From NCBI GenBank assembly GCA_034226945.1, contig CP120461.1, positions 496,001 through 560,000 of the forward strand: 64,000 bases of DNA, written 5' to 3'. This stretch comes from Picochlorum sp. SENEW3 (Eukaryota). The notes under the pieces are model-generated. The model searched no databases. It had not been told where the DNA came from and saw only the letters and a list, made by a program, of their open reading frames with translations. The position numbers were made by a program, and so were the translations under genes. The first letter of the stretch is position 1. Each line of letters opens with the position of its first letter. Below are positions 1 through 10,357 of the stretch, one piece after another.

Positions 1-140
1 GTTCCTGTGGAGCAGGCACATCAGGAATAATCCTTTGTGCCGGCTTGAATAAATTCAGCAATTTGAAATTTCCCATCGTCAATTAATTGTACAAGTTTGG
101 CGGGAAGGGTCAAGGCTTTACCTCATGCTTCCTGTGTGCT

Positions 141-167
141 CATCATCATCATCATCATCATCATCAT
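141..167. repeat. (CAT)n trinucleotide microsatellite, about 9 units
   Basis: Direct read: catcatcatcatcatcatcatcatcat. Confidence 0.9.
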
Positions 168-486
168 GATGAGCAGCGTATGTGGGACTCATGAGATAAT
201 GTCGAGATGAGATGGAGGAGACATGTGTTTGTCATCGCAGGGGGAGTACCCTGTTGACACATGCAATGAAAACACACACAAGCAACACACACGTGTTATG
301 CCATGTTACATATATATATTAATATAGAGAGATGACAACCTTTTTTTCCAAAGCACTGCAGACCACTGCTCAAATGCGAAAAGGCTCTTCCATAGGGACT
401 GTGTCGCACGAGCAACCTCCCAGGAATATGGTGCCTTTCCTTGGACTTGAGAGCAGGAGCCGTCAACGCAGCAGCGGAGGCGCCAT

Positions 487-733
487 TTATTTGGCTCTTT
501 GTCTTCTTCTCTTACGCTTTAAGCGTCTCATTCTCTTCTTTCTCCACTGCATATAATACATCGAATATTATGTGAGCCATATAGAGCGTCAATGAGATTG
601 TGCAATCGTGTTGAACATGTTCTGCTGATGGCCGAGAACGAGTTGAAAACAGCCGTGCGCATGGCTTGGATGGAATCCAAGGGCGTCTTAATTACTCAAA
701 TGTATCAGAAGGATGACATACCTTGGCTCTCAT
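487..733 (-). CDS. RPL41: Ribosomal protein eL41 (L41), 23 aa, two exons (733-722, 546-487)
   Basis: ATG AGA GCC AAG|gtatgt...tgcag|TGG AGA AAG... splices to [23 protein letters not shown], nearly identical to canonical eL41. Absent from the ORF track. Confidence 0.95.
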
Positions 734-960
734 ATTGACTTTATTCAGAAATACAATATGCGGATCCGAGGGGGTGGCTGCGGCTCTTGTGACTTGGATG
801 GACTCTCGTGATTGGATGGAACCTCCCATCAGAAAGGGTGTGTGATGGGCATGGTACCGCGCCTTGCTGGTGTACCCCACAGAGGATTTCATTCTTGGTC
901 TGAAGGGGTTATGCAGGGTGATATGGCACAAAGGTAATATAATTATATATATAGATCACA

Positions 961-2046
961 ATGTCTAGTAGTAAATCGTCACCATCGGTGAAAAAGGAGG
1001 GGAATGGGTCATGGCTGGATGGCCCTGAATTCAGGGGTAAAAAGATTCCTGTGGTGACTGCGAATGGTGAGAAGAGGATGATGAGTATGAAGCAGTTATA
1101 TGAGTCCATTGTGAGGGAGAATGCAAAGGTGATGGCGAGGCGAGGGTGGAGTGATAAACAGACTCTTTCTGAAATGGAGGAAAGAGACCTCGAGCTGCAG
1201 CGCATGGGTGGGGGCAGTTTCGATGTTCCTGGAGGTGGATTGCTATCCCGGGTGGGAGCGTGGAGGAGGAGCCGAGATGTCGCGTACGGTGTGTATTGTC
1301 GAAGTGACAGGGTGCATGAGGTGCTTGGGAAGAGATGGAAAGGTCGGGAGCCAGAGAGTGTGATTGAGTCTGGTACATTCGAATGGGATGCATTGCGCAA
1401 GTGCCATGGGTTAGATATGCATGCTATGATGGTGATTATGAGGCCCATATCGTTGCGTGAGATTCGCCCAATGGTGAAAAAAGAGTTGGAGAAGAGGGTT
1501 GACAAGCTATCAATGTCTCGTGAAGGGGCCCAGGATATGCGAGCGGACATAGATACATTTGTGAGTATATTTGATGAGAAAATGTTGCAGGGATCTGCAT
1601 GCGTAGATGGTGAGAAGGTGAAGAAGGGAACTCATGTCATTCTTTCTTCCACTCCAAAGGCTGAACTGGTTGTTGAAACAATTAGTCCAGGTCCTATTGC
1701 GACGAGGAGGACCAGTTTGATTGGTATAAATAGAAATCCAATAGTAACAGCGGCAGCATTTGATTGCTTCGTCGGCCATGATGCCATAGATGTGGGTGGT
1801 GGTTTGACATGCTTGGATGGTCTCTTGTGGTGTGCGAATGGATTGGAGACAGATACCAGGACGAATGCGAACAGTCAAGTGAGTGAAATTGATGTTGATG
1901 GCACCGAGCTGTTTGACCCTTTTACGGGAGTCGAGACGATCGCTCTGGATTCAGCAGGGATCTTTCAACGTGTGAGTGGGACACAAAGGCCCAAGAGATT
2001 TCTTCATGATATGATGCGGCCTCGTGTTACACAAAATGATGAATGA
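961..2046 (+). CDS. Chalcone isomerase-like (CHI-fold / fatty-acid-binding-like) protein
   Basis: Intronless 361-aa ORF. The segments VGAWRR..DVAYGVY, VKKGTHVIL and NPIVTAAAFDCFVGHDAID resemble the CHI-fold pattern; family recognised by eye only. Confidence 0.55.
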   Translation: MSSSKSSPSVKKEGNGSWLDGPEFRGKKIPVVTANGEKRMMSMKQLYESIVRENAKVMARRGWSDKQTLSEMEERDLELQRMGGGSFDVPGGGLLSRVGAWRRSRDVAYGVYCRSDRVHEVLGKRWKGREPESVIESGTFEWDALRKCHGLDMHAMMVIMRPISLREIRPMVKKELEKRVDKLSMSREGAQDMRADIDTFVSIFDEKMLQGSACVDGEKVKKGTHVILSSTPKAELVVETISPGPIATRRTSLIGINRNPIVTAAAFDCFVGHDAIDVGGGLTCLDGLLWCANGLETDTRTNANSQVSEIDVDGTELFDPFTGVETIALDSAGIFQRVSGTQRPKRFLHDMMRPRVTQNDE

Positions 2047-2072
2047 TAATCAAAGAGAAAAATGTAATGCGA

Positions 2073-3590
2073 TTAAAAAGACCCATATTTCGCGTCGTAT
2101 GATTCTGGAGAGCCTCCATAAGCTGGATGAGGCAAGCGCTGCAGAAACTTGAATGAGAATGGATGGCTGTTGACTAAAGGCGTTCCATCGTGGGTAGCCT
2201 CTTGAATTGCTTTGCCACCGCATTCTAAAAGTGCTCTTTCAATTGATTCATTGCTGGGAGCGCCGCCCACAGCATTCATAATGTACAATGTGTGCCCACT
2301 ACTGTTGGAAGTTGCAAAAGTTCTGACTTTGGCTCTGGTGATTGACAGCCCTGCTTCAAACAGCTGTCTCGTCAGAGTTGCCATGCATCCAAAGCGATCC
2401 ATTGATCGAATTTGAACTTTAATTCCCTTTGGGAATCGTCGTTCAATAGAAGCCTCTAACATGGCCTTTACTAACAGGGCCTCATCCTCGTCAAATTCAC
2501 CTTCACCAGATCGAGGCCTCACAAAAAACTCCTGATGGGAATACCCGTCCGATCCTGCATCTATCGTCGCGTGATAAATGTCATAGTTCATGTCGTTGAG
2601 GGTGCAAACTGTGTCCAGCAACAGTTTGGTGCGGTCCCTGCATTTGATGTTTACGGTCCAATAGTTTGAATGTGAAAAATGAGAGATGTCAATAAATGGC
2701 TTGTCATATTTTGGACTTCTGTACGTGTTAAAATTCGATTTCTCCGAGGGATTTTCCAATTCCTTGTCTTTCGTGTATTTCTGTACACGATGCTTCACTT
2801 TCCAATCCTCAATATCATCCTGGAGCATGAGTTGGTGCAACCTTCTGTCATAATGCACAATGCCTTTCAAATTCTCTGCGTGAACGGAATGAGTTCCCTG
2901 ACTATTGAACAGAATATCACCCATCATTTCTTTCAAGCGCATCGTCTTTGCGTCATCGGGAATAGGTCTTCCCTTTTCTGTTACACTAAACACAATGGCA
3001 ACCCGAGTCCTGTATGTCCAAACAGCAGCTGATCGGACATCACATCCATTTTGCGTCATCAATTGCATCAAATCAGCTATCAAACCGGGCCTGTCAACGC
3101 CTGAAACTTCAAAGATTGTTGTCGCAACTTTGTCAACATCATCTGTTGTATCCCCATTCGCCACAACATCTTCCGTCTGCATATAAATATTCAGCATTTG
3201 TTTAATGCTCAGTAGTTTGACCTGATTTCTTACTTTACCGCCGTTGATTTCCGAGACAACGAACATATCATGGAACCAGCCTCCATCTGATGAGATCCGT
3301 GCATTGTGAATCCTCAGGCCAAGATCAGTCAAATGCTGAACCACAAAGACAAGACTCCCCGGCCTATTTGCCGAATCTATCGTAACGATTGTATAATTGG
3401 GGTCTCCTGCGTTGTCAATATGAATTTCTGGGGGATGCACACGCAGTTCAAGTGTCAAATTATCTAGCAAGCAACCCTCTTCGTCCACAGCACAGTTGAG
3501 GGCATTCTTCTCCTTTTCTTGCCACTCAGTCAGGGCCATAAGAGAGGGGCTTGCTCGCAGCCCCCCGGCTTTATACAGCATAGAATTCAT
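2073..3590 (-). CDS. ACR: ACT-domain repeat protein (ACR family)
   Basis: 505-aa ORF with four ACT motifs: DSANRPGSL, ISSDGGWFHDMF, DRPGLIAD and CRDRTKLLLDTVCTL. Confidence 0.9.
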   Translation of the reverse strand: MNSMLYKAGGLRASPSLMALTEWQEKEKNALNCAVDEEGCLLDNLTLELRVHPPEIHIDNAGDPNYTIVTIDSANRPGSLVFVVQHLTDLGLRIHNARISSDGGWFHDMFVVSEINGGKVRNQVKLLSIKQMLNIYMQTEDVVANGDTTDDVDKVATTIFEVSGVDRPGLIADLMQLMTQNGCDVRSAAVWTYRTRVAIVFSVTEKGRPIPDDAKTMRLKEMMGDILFNSQGTHSVHAENLKGIVHYDRRLHQLMLQDDIEDWKVKHRVQKYTKDKELENPSEKSNFNTYRSPKYDKPFIDISHFSHSNYWTVNIKCRDRTKLLLDTVCTLNDMNYDIYHATIDAGSDGYSHQEFFVRPRSGEGEFDEDEALLVKAMLEASIERRFPKGIKVQIRSMDRFGCMATLTRQLFEAGLSITRAKVRTFATSNSSGHTLYIMNAVGGAPSNESIERALLECGGKAIQEATHDGTPLVNSHPFSFKFLQRLPHPAYGGSPESYDAKYGSF

Positions 3591-3917
3591 CTAAATACTA
3601 TTTCAATGTAAGGAAGATATCAATTAATGGCCAATGTGTACACCGAAAACAGAACTGACGCTGTCCTCGACCACTGGGTAGGGCGAATTGCACATGACAA
3701 CAAGCACATGAATACCGATATTTTTCAATAAAATGGCCAGTATTCAATACATTTATGTAAATTACATATAGAATGATCATGTAACGGCGTCGCAGGCCTG
3801 TTTTGACTTCCAAGTGCATGCCAGATATCCCTCACGGGGATGATGATCCACTGGCAGGGCTATCATATGAGATGCATCTCATGACTATATATATCCATGA
3901 ACACACCGCTTCTCTCT

Positions 3918-5744
3918 CTAATCCACAATGGTATGCTTCAATGTGATGTTCAGTATCTTGATATCATCCATAGGTTTATCGTGCGCATCAGTCTTCACCT
4001 TTTCTATTGCTGTCACCACATCAGCTCCACGAACGCAACGTCCAAAGACAGCATGCTTGTTGTCAAGCCAGTTTGCAGGAACAGTCGTGATAAAGAACTG
4101 CGATCCGTTGGTATTTGGACCAGCATTTGCCATTGAAACGGTAAAAGGGCGGTCATGTTTGAGAGATCGATGGAATTCATCCTCAAACTCACCTCCCCAT
4201 ATGGACTCTCCACCAGTTCCATCACCCATTGGATCTCCAGTCTGAATCATAAAACCTTTAATCACCCTGTGGAATATAACCCCATCGTAGTACCCATTCT
4301 TTGCATGCGTTGTGAAATTCTCCACAGTTCTAGGCACTTCTTCCGGATAGAGTCGTAACCAGATGTCTCCATATGTGGTGTGTAGAATGGCCCCCCGTGG
4401 TAATATGAGGGATGGTTGGATCTCCTCTGGGGCTCCTGTTGTTACCCCACCCATGGGCTTTTCGTTGTACACATCTCTACCTTGCGTATCGCCTTCCTTA
4501 ATCTCGGGCTCTCGTTGCGTGAACAAATAAAATCTTTGTTTGTGATAGGCAGTGCAGAACAAGGTTGGATCTCCCTCAGTAGCTTTGGTGCTCGAGTCTG
4601 CCAGTGGTATTTTCTTTGGTTTGTGGGCTGTTGGCTCATACAGGGCAAGACCACAAAATCGTTCCGTATTTTCCACCTTTCCGATCAATTTTACCACTCT
4701 ATTAGTTTTCAAATTCAATACTTTGATTCCTATCAATGTGGGATAGAACAAAAAATGCCCACTTGCATCAAAGCACAAGTTGATGGATGGAGACCCATCT
4801 TCAGTCTGCATCATCTCCTTCTCCACAGCGACTCGCCTTCCAAAGTCAATAGGATCTAGCTTAAACATATCTACCTCACTGCGCTGTATTTCTTGCGCTG
4901 ACGCTATTGATTCGTCTATGACTTTCAGGAGCTTACCATCCACAAATCTAAATAACCTAAGCTTCTCATCAGATGAGTACATGGCAAATTTTGTACCATC
5001 TTTGCTTATAGCAATCGCAGCGGCATGAGTCTTGGCTTTTGACAGCGAATACAAGTCGGTTTGAAACTTTGATTCGAACGCAAGACCTTCTTTTAATAAA
5101 CTTTGTGTTGAGGGACACCAGTATTCTATGCCACCTTTGCTGTCAGTGGAAATGATGCAATCAGCATGCTCATTATAACTCATGGCCACTATGGGACTCG
5201 AATGAAACTTTAGCGTCGCTTCTGGAGACCCTTTGCTATCACGAACATCATACATGTGTACATTTGGAGACTCCCTATCTGAAACAACCAAATACTCTTT
5301 TCCTCGTGTACCTTGGAATCCCCATGAAGCACATCCTGGAGAAAAGTCCAACTTTATCATTGCAATCATATCAAATGTTGCGACATCAAACACCTTGACA
5401 GTCTTATCAGATGATAGAGATGCACAAAGGGAACCGTTTGATGAGACGCAAAGGCCTATTATAGGACCAAGATGAGCCTTGAACTGCTTTGCAAACTCAA
5501 TCCCAGTGTCAACCTTTTTCCAAAACTTGACAACTCCGTCTACGCTTGCTGTGATCAGAAATTCAGTCACTGGAGCGAATCCTATATGTGTTACCCAATC
5601 TTTGTGCATAAAACTCTTCTCATACATGTCAGCAAGGGGAAGGCGCTCCAAATATTGTTGTTCAAATGGTAAAATCTTGCGCTTTTTGGGAACCGGCAAC
5701 TCTGGTCCAACGATTGCATCGTCATTGTCCTCTCGTTCAGACAT
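3918..5744 (-). CDS. CYP71: WD40-repeat cyclophilin (PPWD1/CYP71)
   Basis: N-terminal [13 protein letters not shown] repeats, and a C-terminal cyclophilin domain ([32 protein letters not shown]). Confidence 0.95.
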   Translation of the reverse strand: MSEREDNDDAIVGPELPVPKKRKILPFEQQYLERLPLADMYEKSFMHKDWVTHIGFAPVTEFLITASVDGVVKFWKKVDTGIEFAKQFKAHLGPIIGLCVSSNGSLCASLSSDKTVKVFDVATFDMIAMIKLDFSPGCASWGFQGTRGKEYLVVSDRESPNVHMYDVRDSKGSPEATLKFHSSPIVAMSYNEHADCIISTDSKGGIEYWCPSTQSLLKEGLAFESKFQTDLYSLSKAKTHAAAIAISKDGTKFAMYSSDEKLRLFRFVDGKLLKVIDESIASAQEIQRSEVDMFKLDPIDFGRRVAVEKEMMQTEDGSPSINLCFDASGHFLFYPTLIGIKVLNLKTNRVVKLIGKVENTERFCGLALYEPTAHKPKKIPLADSSTKATEGDPTLFCTAYHKQRFYLFTQREPEIKEGDTQGRDVYNEKPMGGVTTGAPEEIQPSLILPRGAILHTTYGDIWLRLYPEEVPRTVENFTTHAKNGYYDGVIFHRVIKGFMIQTGDPMGDGTGGESIWGGEFEDEFHRSLKHDRPFTVSMANAGPNTNGSQFFITTVPANWLDNKHAVFGRCVRGADVVTAIEKVKTDAHDKPMDDIKILNITLKHTIVD

Positions 5745-5933
5745 TTTAAATTGTATAATTTAATGCAAGTTTAATGAATAATACATAGCCACGAGTATCA
5801 GATCAAGGTCATGATGCCCCTCGACAACCTCTTCTTCTGTCCCATCCATCATCTTGAATCATCTTGGTGTCCATGTATCTAAAAATGTTACAGGATATTC
5901 ATACTATAATAGATAGGCTAGCTTTGAGGTTAT

Positions 5934-6768
5934 TTATTTACCCTTCTCAGCAGCCTCCTCTTCTTCAGCTCTCTTCTTTCTGACTCCTGCCATGCGAGCA
6001 TTCATACGCTCCAGTCTGAGAGTAGCATAGGCCTTCTCAGCGCGCATCTCATCAGTGATGGCAATCTTTTCCAAAGCAGGCTTTTCTGCGACTATTGGCA
6101 TGATCTTACCCTTGAGCTGCTCAACGGCCTTGAGCTCATCAGCAGAGGCATCTCCAGCCTTTGGCTTGTTGGCACGGCGTGGGAACACCACCAAGTTGGA
6201 CTTGTATGCCTTGAGGCGGTTGACATTCTCCTGCAGACCCTCCAGAGATCTATTCCTACGGCGGTGATCGACTGCAATACCGATAGTTCTGGCCAACTTG
6301 GCTGGAATTCCAGCTTCTTTCAGTTCCTCGAGGGAAAATCCACGGCCTTCTCTGACCTTTGAGTTGTACTTGACAGTCTGTCCACGAACGATTGGACGGA
6401 GTGGTCCAGAAGCTGGGCGAGGGAAGACTGATGCAGCCTTAGCAGCACGAGCTACAAAATAAAAAAGATACAACCGCGTCAGTATCGAATGAAGAAGAGA
6501 GAGAGACAGGTGCGCAGCATGGCCCATTCAGGTCGGCCGCATTCGGACGGCGCCAACCATGACCATGTCAACCAGAAGATTGCACTAGAAATCCCAAATA
6601 ATCTTATAAAAATGCTCTGCAATTGCCGAACGTACCTTGTCTACGACGATATTTACGAGCTGGCTGGTTGAACCACGTTCTCACACCGATGACCTCTTTT
6701 CTCCCAATCACCTGATGCCATTTCTTCTTGAAATGCTGGTTAGGGATTTGGGTATTTCCACGCACCAT
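5934..6768 (-). CDS. RPL13: 60S ribosomal protein eL13; exons 6768-6636 and 6451-5934; probable 5'UTR intron 6782-6907
   Basis: [17 protein letters not shown]...[14 protein letters not shown] spliced (gtacgt...ttgtag) to ARAAKAA...[21 protein letters not shown]. Confidence 0.95.
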
Positions 6769-7288
6769 TTTAACAGTTTCCCTGCGAGTACAAAGACAGC
6801 GTAAGCCTTCCGCCGGCTGAACATAATTTCTGCCGCCGCACTCGTCTCATTTCAGACAAGTGCACGATAGCGCTGTGCATCCTCCAGTATTCATCCATAG
6901 AACGTACCTTTTATGTAACTAATACTAAAAGTTGTGATACTCTCCTCCCACGCCGAGGAGACCTTCATGCCGGCCATGGTCGAGACGGATGCCACGCCAC
7001 ACCAGAGCCTTCGGTCAATGAAGGTACTTGATAGGGGGATCGTATGTGGATATTCCGCGATGCGGTACAAGTGGCAAGATCTGTATCAAATGAGCACAAT
7101 CGTCTGAAAATCGATTCGTTTTTTCTGTCTATTTTCATGGAATATGGGTCTGCAGGTAGGAGGTACATTGTCGTGACGTACCACGTGTATCGGGTCCCAG
7201 GTTGTTCTCACCACACGGATCTTTCTCTGCACTCTCGAGGCTGTTACATCCTGTGTGTACCGATTGGAGAAACACCATTAGTATTATA

Positions 7289-10138
7289 ATGACACCGAGT
7301 GACAGGAAACCCGAAGAACCAGTGGAGCGAGGTGGGCCTTTGCGCCACCAGCACTCGGAAGAGTTGAAAGCGTCCCTACCAAGTGGTAATTCGACGAGTA
7401 ACTTGAATGCTGGGGCACAAGTTCCTGCATCGCGAGTGGATAGATTGCTTCTTCAAAGGTTAAGGAAGAGTCAGAGTACCACTGTTCTGTACGGTGAGCC
7501 CGCTGAGTTGGCAGAGAGGCTCAGAGAGGATGCTACTGCTGGAGGGCTGTATCCTCCAGTTGATGGCATTGGCGATCAAAGATTGATTGTCGTGGCAAAT
7601 CGGCTGCCGGTGTCGGCTTATAAAGATTCAGATGGTGGATGGCAGTTGCAAATTAGTGCTGGGGGACTTGTGAGTGCGCTTATGGGGGTGGAGAATATTA
7701 ATAGTAAATGGATTGGTTGGCCAGGCGTGTACATAGAGTCTGGGCCAGAGCGGGATGCGCTGACCAGAGCAATGGAAGATGAAGGATATGCTCCGGTATA
7801 TATGGATGAGAATACATGCGATTTGCATTATAATGGGTTTTGCAATTCTGTCTTGTGGCAGTTGTTTCATTATGTGCCTCTGAATATTGATTCCAAGTTA
7901 TCTGAGACTAGGACATTGCAGTTTCAGTGGCAAGCTCATCAGTTGGCAAACAAACAGTTTGCTGATGTGATTTTAAAGCATTATAGGCCTGGTGATATCG
8001 TTTGGGTTCAAGATTATCACCTCATGCTTCTCCCAGCTATTCTGAAGGAGAAGCATCCACGAATGAAGGTTGGATTTTTCCTGCATACGCCATTCCCTTC
8101 GTCAGAGATTTACAGAACTCTTCCAGTGCGAGAAGAATTGTTGCGAGCTGTATTAAAGGCAGATTTGATCGGATTTCACACGTATGACTATGCAAGGCAT
8201 TTTGTGTCTGCATGTACCAGGATTTTGGGATTGGAAGGCACTCCTGCAGGTGTGGAGGATAACGGTTCTGTGACTCGAGTTGCGGCATTCCCTATTGGAA
8301 TTGACCCCGATAGATTCACGTCGGCATTAGAAGCTCCCGAAGTACGTGCTAATGTGGCACAGTTGTTAAATCGATATGCTGGTAGAAAAGTCATGCTTGG
8401 CGTTGACAGATTAGATATGATCAAAGGGATTCCGCAGAAGTTGTTAGCATTTGAAAAGTTTTTAGAAGAAAATCCAGACTGGAGGGACAAAGTTTTGTTG
8501 GTCCAGATTGCTGTGCCTTCAAGAACAGATGTGCCAGAATACCAACGGCTTCGAAGCATGGTGCATGAAATTGTGGGCCGCATAAATGGAAAGTATGGTA
8601 CCCTGACGCATGTCCCTATTTATCATTTAGATAGACAGCTTTCATTCCATGAATTGGTGGCATTATATGCCATAACAGATGTGGCCCTCGTGACTTCATT
8701 GCGGGATGGAATGAATTTGGTCTCCTATGAATACGTGGCCTGTCAAAGAGATAATGCAGGTGTACTCATCTTGTCAGAATTTGCTGGTGCGGCTCAAAGT
8801 CTTGGAGCCGGTGCGATTCTCGTAAATCCTTGGAATATCAATGATTTAGCCCTCGCCATTGAGTATGCACTGACCATGAGTGATAAAGAGAGGCGTGAGA
8901 GACATAGGCAAAATTATATGCATGTTACCATCCATACTGCGCAAACATGGGCGGATACTTTCATTTCAGAGCTGAATGATACACATGTTGAAGCTGAAAT
9001 CCGCACTAAGAATATTCCACCAGCCTTGGACTTTGAGGCTGCAGTACAAGCATATAACGAGAGCAAGAGGAGGTTGCTTGTGCTGGGATATAATGCCACC
9101 CTTACGACTGCAGTTGAGGCTCCACGACAGCCAAAAAAGCATTTTGATCAGATCCAGGCGATGACACGAGTCAATTCTGCTGCGTATAGTTGTTTGGTAT
9201 CCCTGTCAAAGGATCCAAATGTGGACATTGTAATTTTCAGTGGCAGTGAAAAGGAAAGAATAGAGGAAGTATTCCATGATTTACCTGTGTGGCTTGCAGC
9301 TGAAAATGGAGCTTTTATCAGGGAACCAGAATCGAGTGAGTGGAAGGCATTGTTTGAAATATCAAGTGGTGAATGGAAGGATAGTGTCCAGCTCGTATTT
9401 GAATACTTCTGTGAAAGAACTCCACGCTCATTCGTGGAAGAAAGAGGCACATCGTTGGTATGGAACTATAAGTATGCTGATGTGGAATTTGGTAGAATCC
9501 AAGCGAGAGACCTTCTACAACATTTGCTCACGGGACCGATTAGTAATGCCCCAGTAGATATTATCAGGGGTGCTAGAAGTATCGAAGTCCGTCCTGTGGG
9601 AGTTAGCAAGGGCTCTTCGATGGCAAAATTACTGCAATATATGTCCACAGTACATTCAATGGCAAACATAGATTTCGCGTTTGTAGCAGGACACTTTCTG
9701 GGAAGGGACGAAGATGCATTTACGCTGTTTGAAGGAGAAAAGGTGGCTCCTGTGAAAGAAGAGAGTAAATCCTCCCCTTGGCAAGAATCAAGCTTGTATT
9801 TTGGTGAAGAAAATCCAAATCAGTTTTTGGACAAAATAGGCAACCTTTCCATCAGAACCAGTAGCAGTAGAAACTCTGGCCTTGGAGTTAGTCCAGCCAC
9901 CATGTCCCCAAGACAGAGCATTGAAACAGAGTCCCTGCCATTACAACTTCCACCAAAGCATTTATTCACCTGCACAGTCGGTAGAAGCTTTGCGTCTCAG
10001 GCTAGATATTGCTTGCATGGATCAAATGAGATTGCATTCCTGCTCTATCATTTGTGCATCAGCAGCGGTATTAAACCAGAGGGACTGTCCTCTCCTCCAC
10101 CTCTCACTGATACATATCACGAAACATACGATATCTAG
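7289..10138 (+). CDS. TPS1: Class I trehalose-6-phosphate synthase (GT20 domain plus TPP-like domain)
   Basis: VVANRLPV, WVQDYHL, FLHTPFPSSE, GVDRLDMIKGIPQK and DGMNLVSYE motifs; first ATG at 7289. Confidence 0.95.
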   Translation: MTPSDRKPEEPVERGGPLRHQHSEELKASLPSGNSTSNLNAGAQVPASRVDRLLLQRLRKSQSTTVLYGEPAELAERLREDATAGGLYPPVDGIGDQRLIVVANRLPVSAYKDSDGGWQLQISAGGLVSALMGVENINSKWIGWPGVYIESGPERDALTRAMEDEGYAPVYMDENTCDLHYNGFCNSVLWQLFHYVPLNIDSKLSETRTLQFQWQAHQLANKQFADVILKHYRPGDIVWVQDYHLMLLPAILKEKHPRMKVGFFLHTPFPSSEIYRTLPVREELLRAVLKADLIGFHTYDYARHFVSACTRILGLEGTPAGVEDNGSVTRVAAFPIGIDPDRFTSALEAPEVRANVAQLLNRYAGRKVMLGVDRLDMIKGIPQKLLAFEKFLEENPDWRDKVLLVQIAVPSRTDVPEYQRLRSMVHEIVGRINGKYGTLTHVPIYHLDRQLSFHELVALYAITDVALVTSLRDGMNLVSYEYVACQRDNAGVLILSEFAGAAQSLGAGAILVNPWNINDLALAIEYALTMSDKERRERHRQNYMHVTIHTAQTWADTFISELNDTHVEAEIRTKNIPPALDFEAAVQAYNESKRRLLVLGYNATLTTAVEAPRQPKKHFDQIQAMTRVNSAAYSCLVSLSKDPNVDIVIFSGSEKERIEEVFHDLPVWLAAENGAFIREPESSEWKALFEISSGEWKDSVQLVFEYFCERTPRSFVEERGTSLVWNYKYADVEFGRIQARDLLQHLLTGPISNAPVDIIRGARSIEVRPVGVSKGSSMAKLLQYMSTVHSMANIDFAFVAGHFLGRDEDAFTLFEGEKVAPVKEESKSSPWQESSLYFGEENPNQFLDKIGNLSIRTSSSRNSGLGVSPATMSPRQSIETESLPLQLPPKHLFTCTVGRSFASQARYCLHGSNEIAFLLYHLCISSGIKPEGLSSPPPLTDTYHETYDI

Positions 10139-10357
10139 AGATATGTAAACAGAGAGTCATGTCCAAGGACAAGGCACGTTCTTTGCCTCATGTGTATGAG
10201 GACATGGGTTTGAGAGTGAGATCGTGAGTCATGACTAGTCACCATGTATGGCTTGACTCAGCCCGGATTTACATGCGAACCCGAATGCAAAATAGACGTG
10301 CTATTTATATAGATTTTCTTTCATGTAAATCAAATTCAGCTGAAATAGAACAAGAGC

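Noticed and set aside
332..556. 74-aa plus-strand ORF with hydrophobic tail
   Set aside because: It is the antisense of the Arg/Lys codons of RPL41 exon 2
909..1550. 213-aa minus-strand ORF
   Set aside because: Antisense shadow of the 361-aa gene; no motifs
7202..7288. ORF-track N-terminal extension of TPS1
   Set aside because: Non-ATG start; the first ATG at 7289 follows an A/T-rich leader
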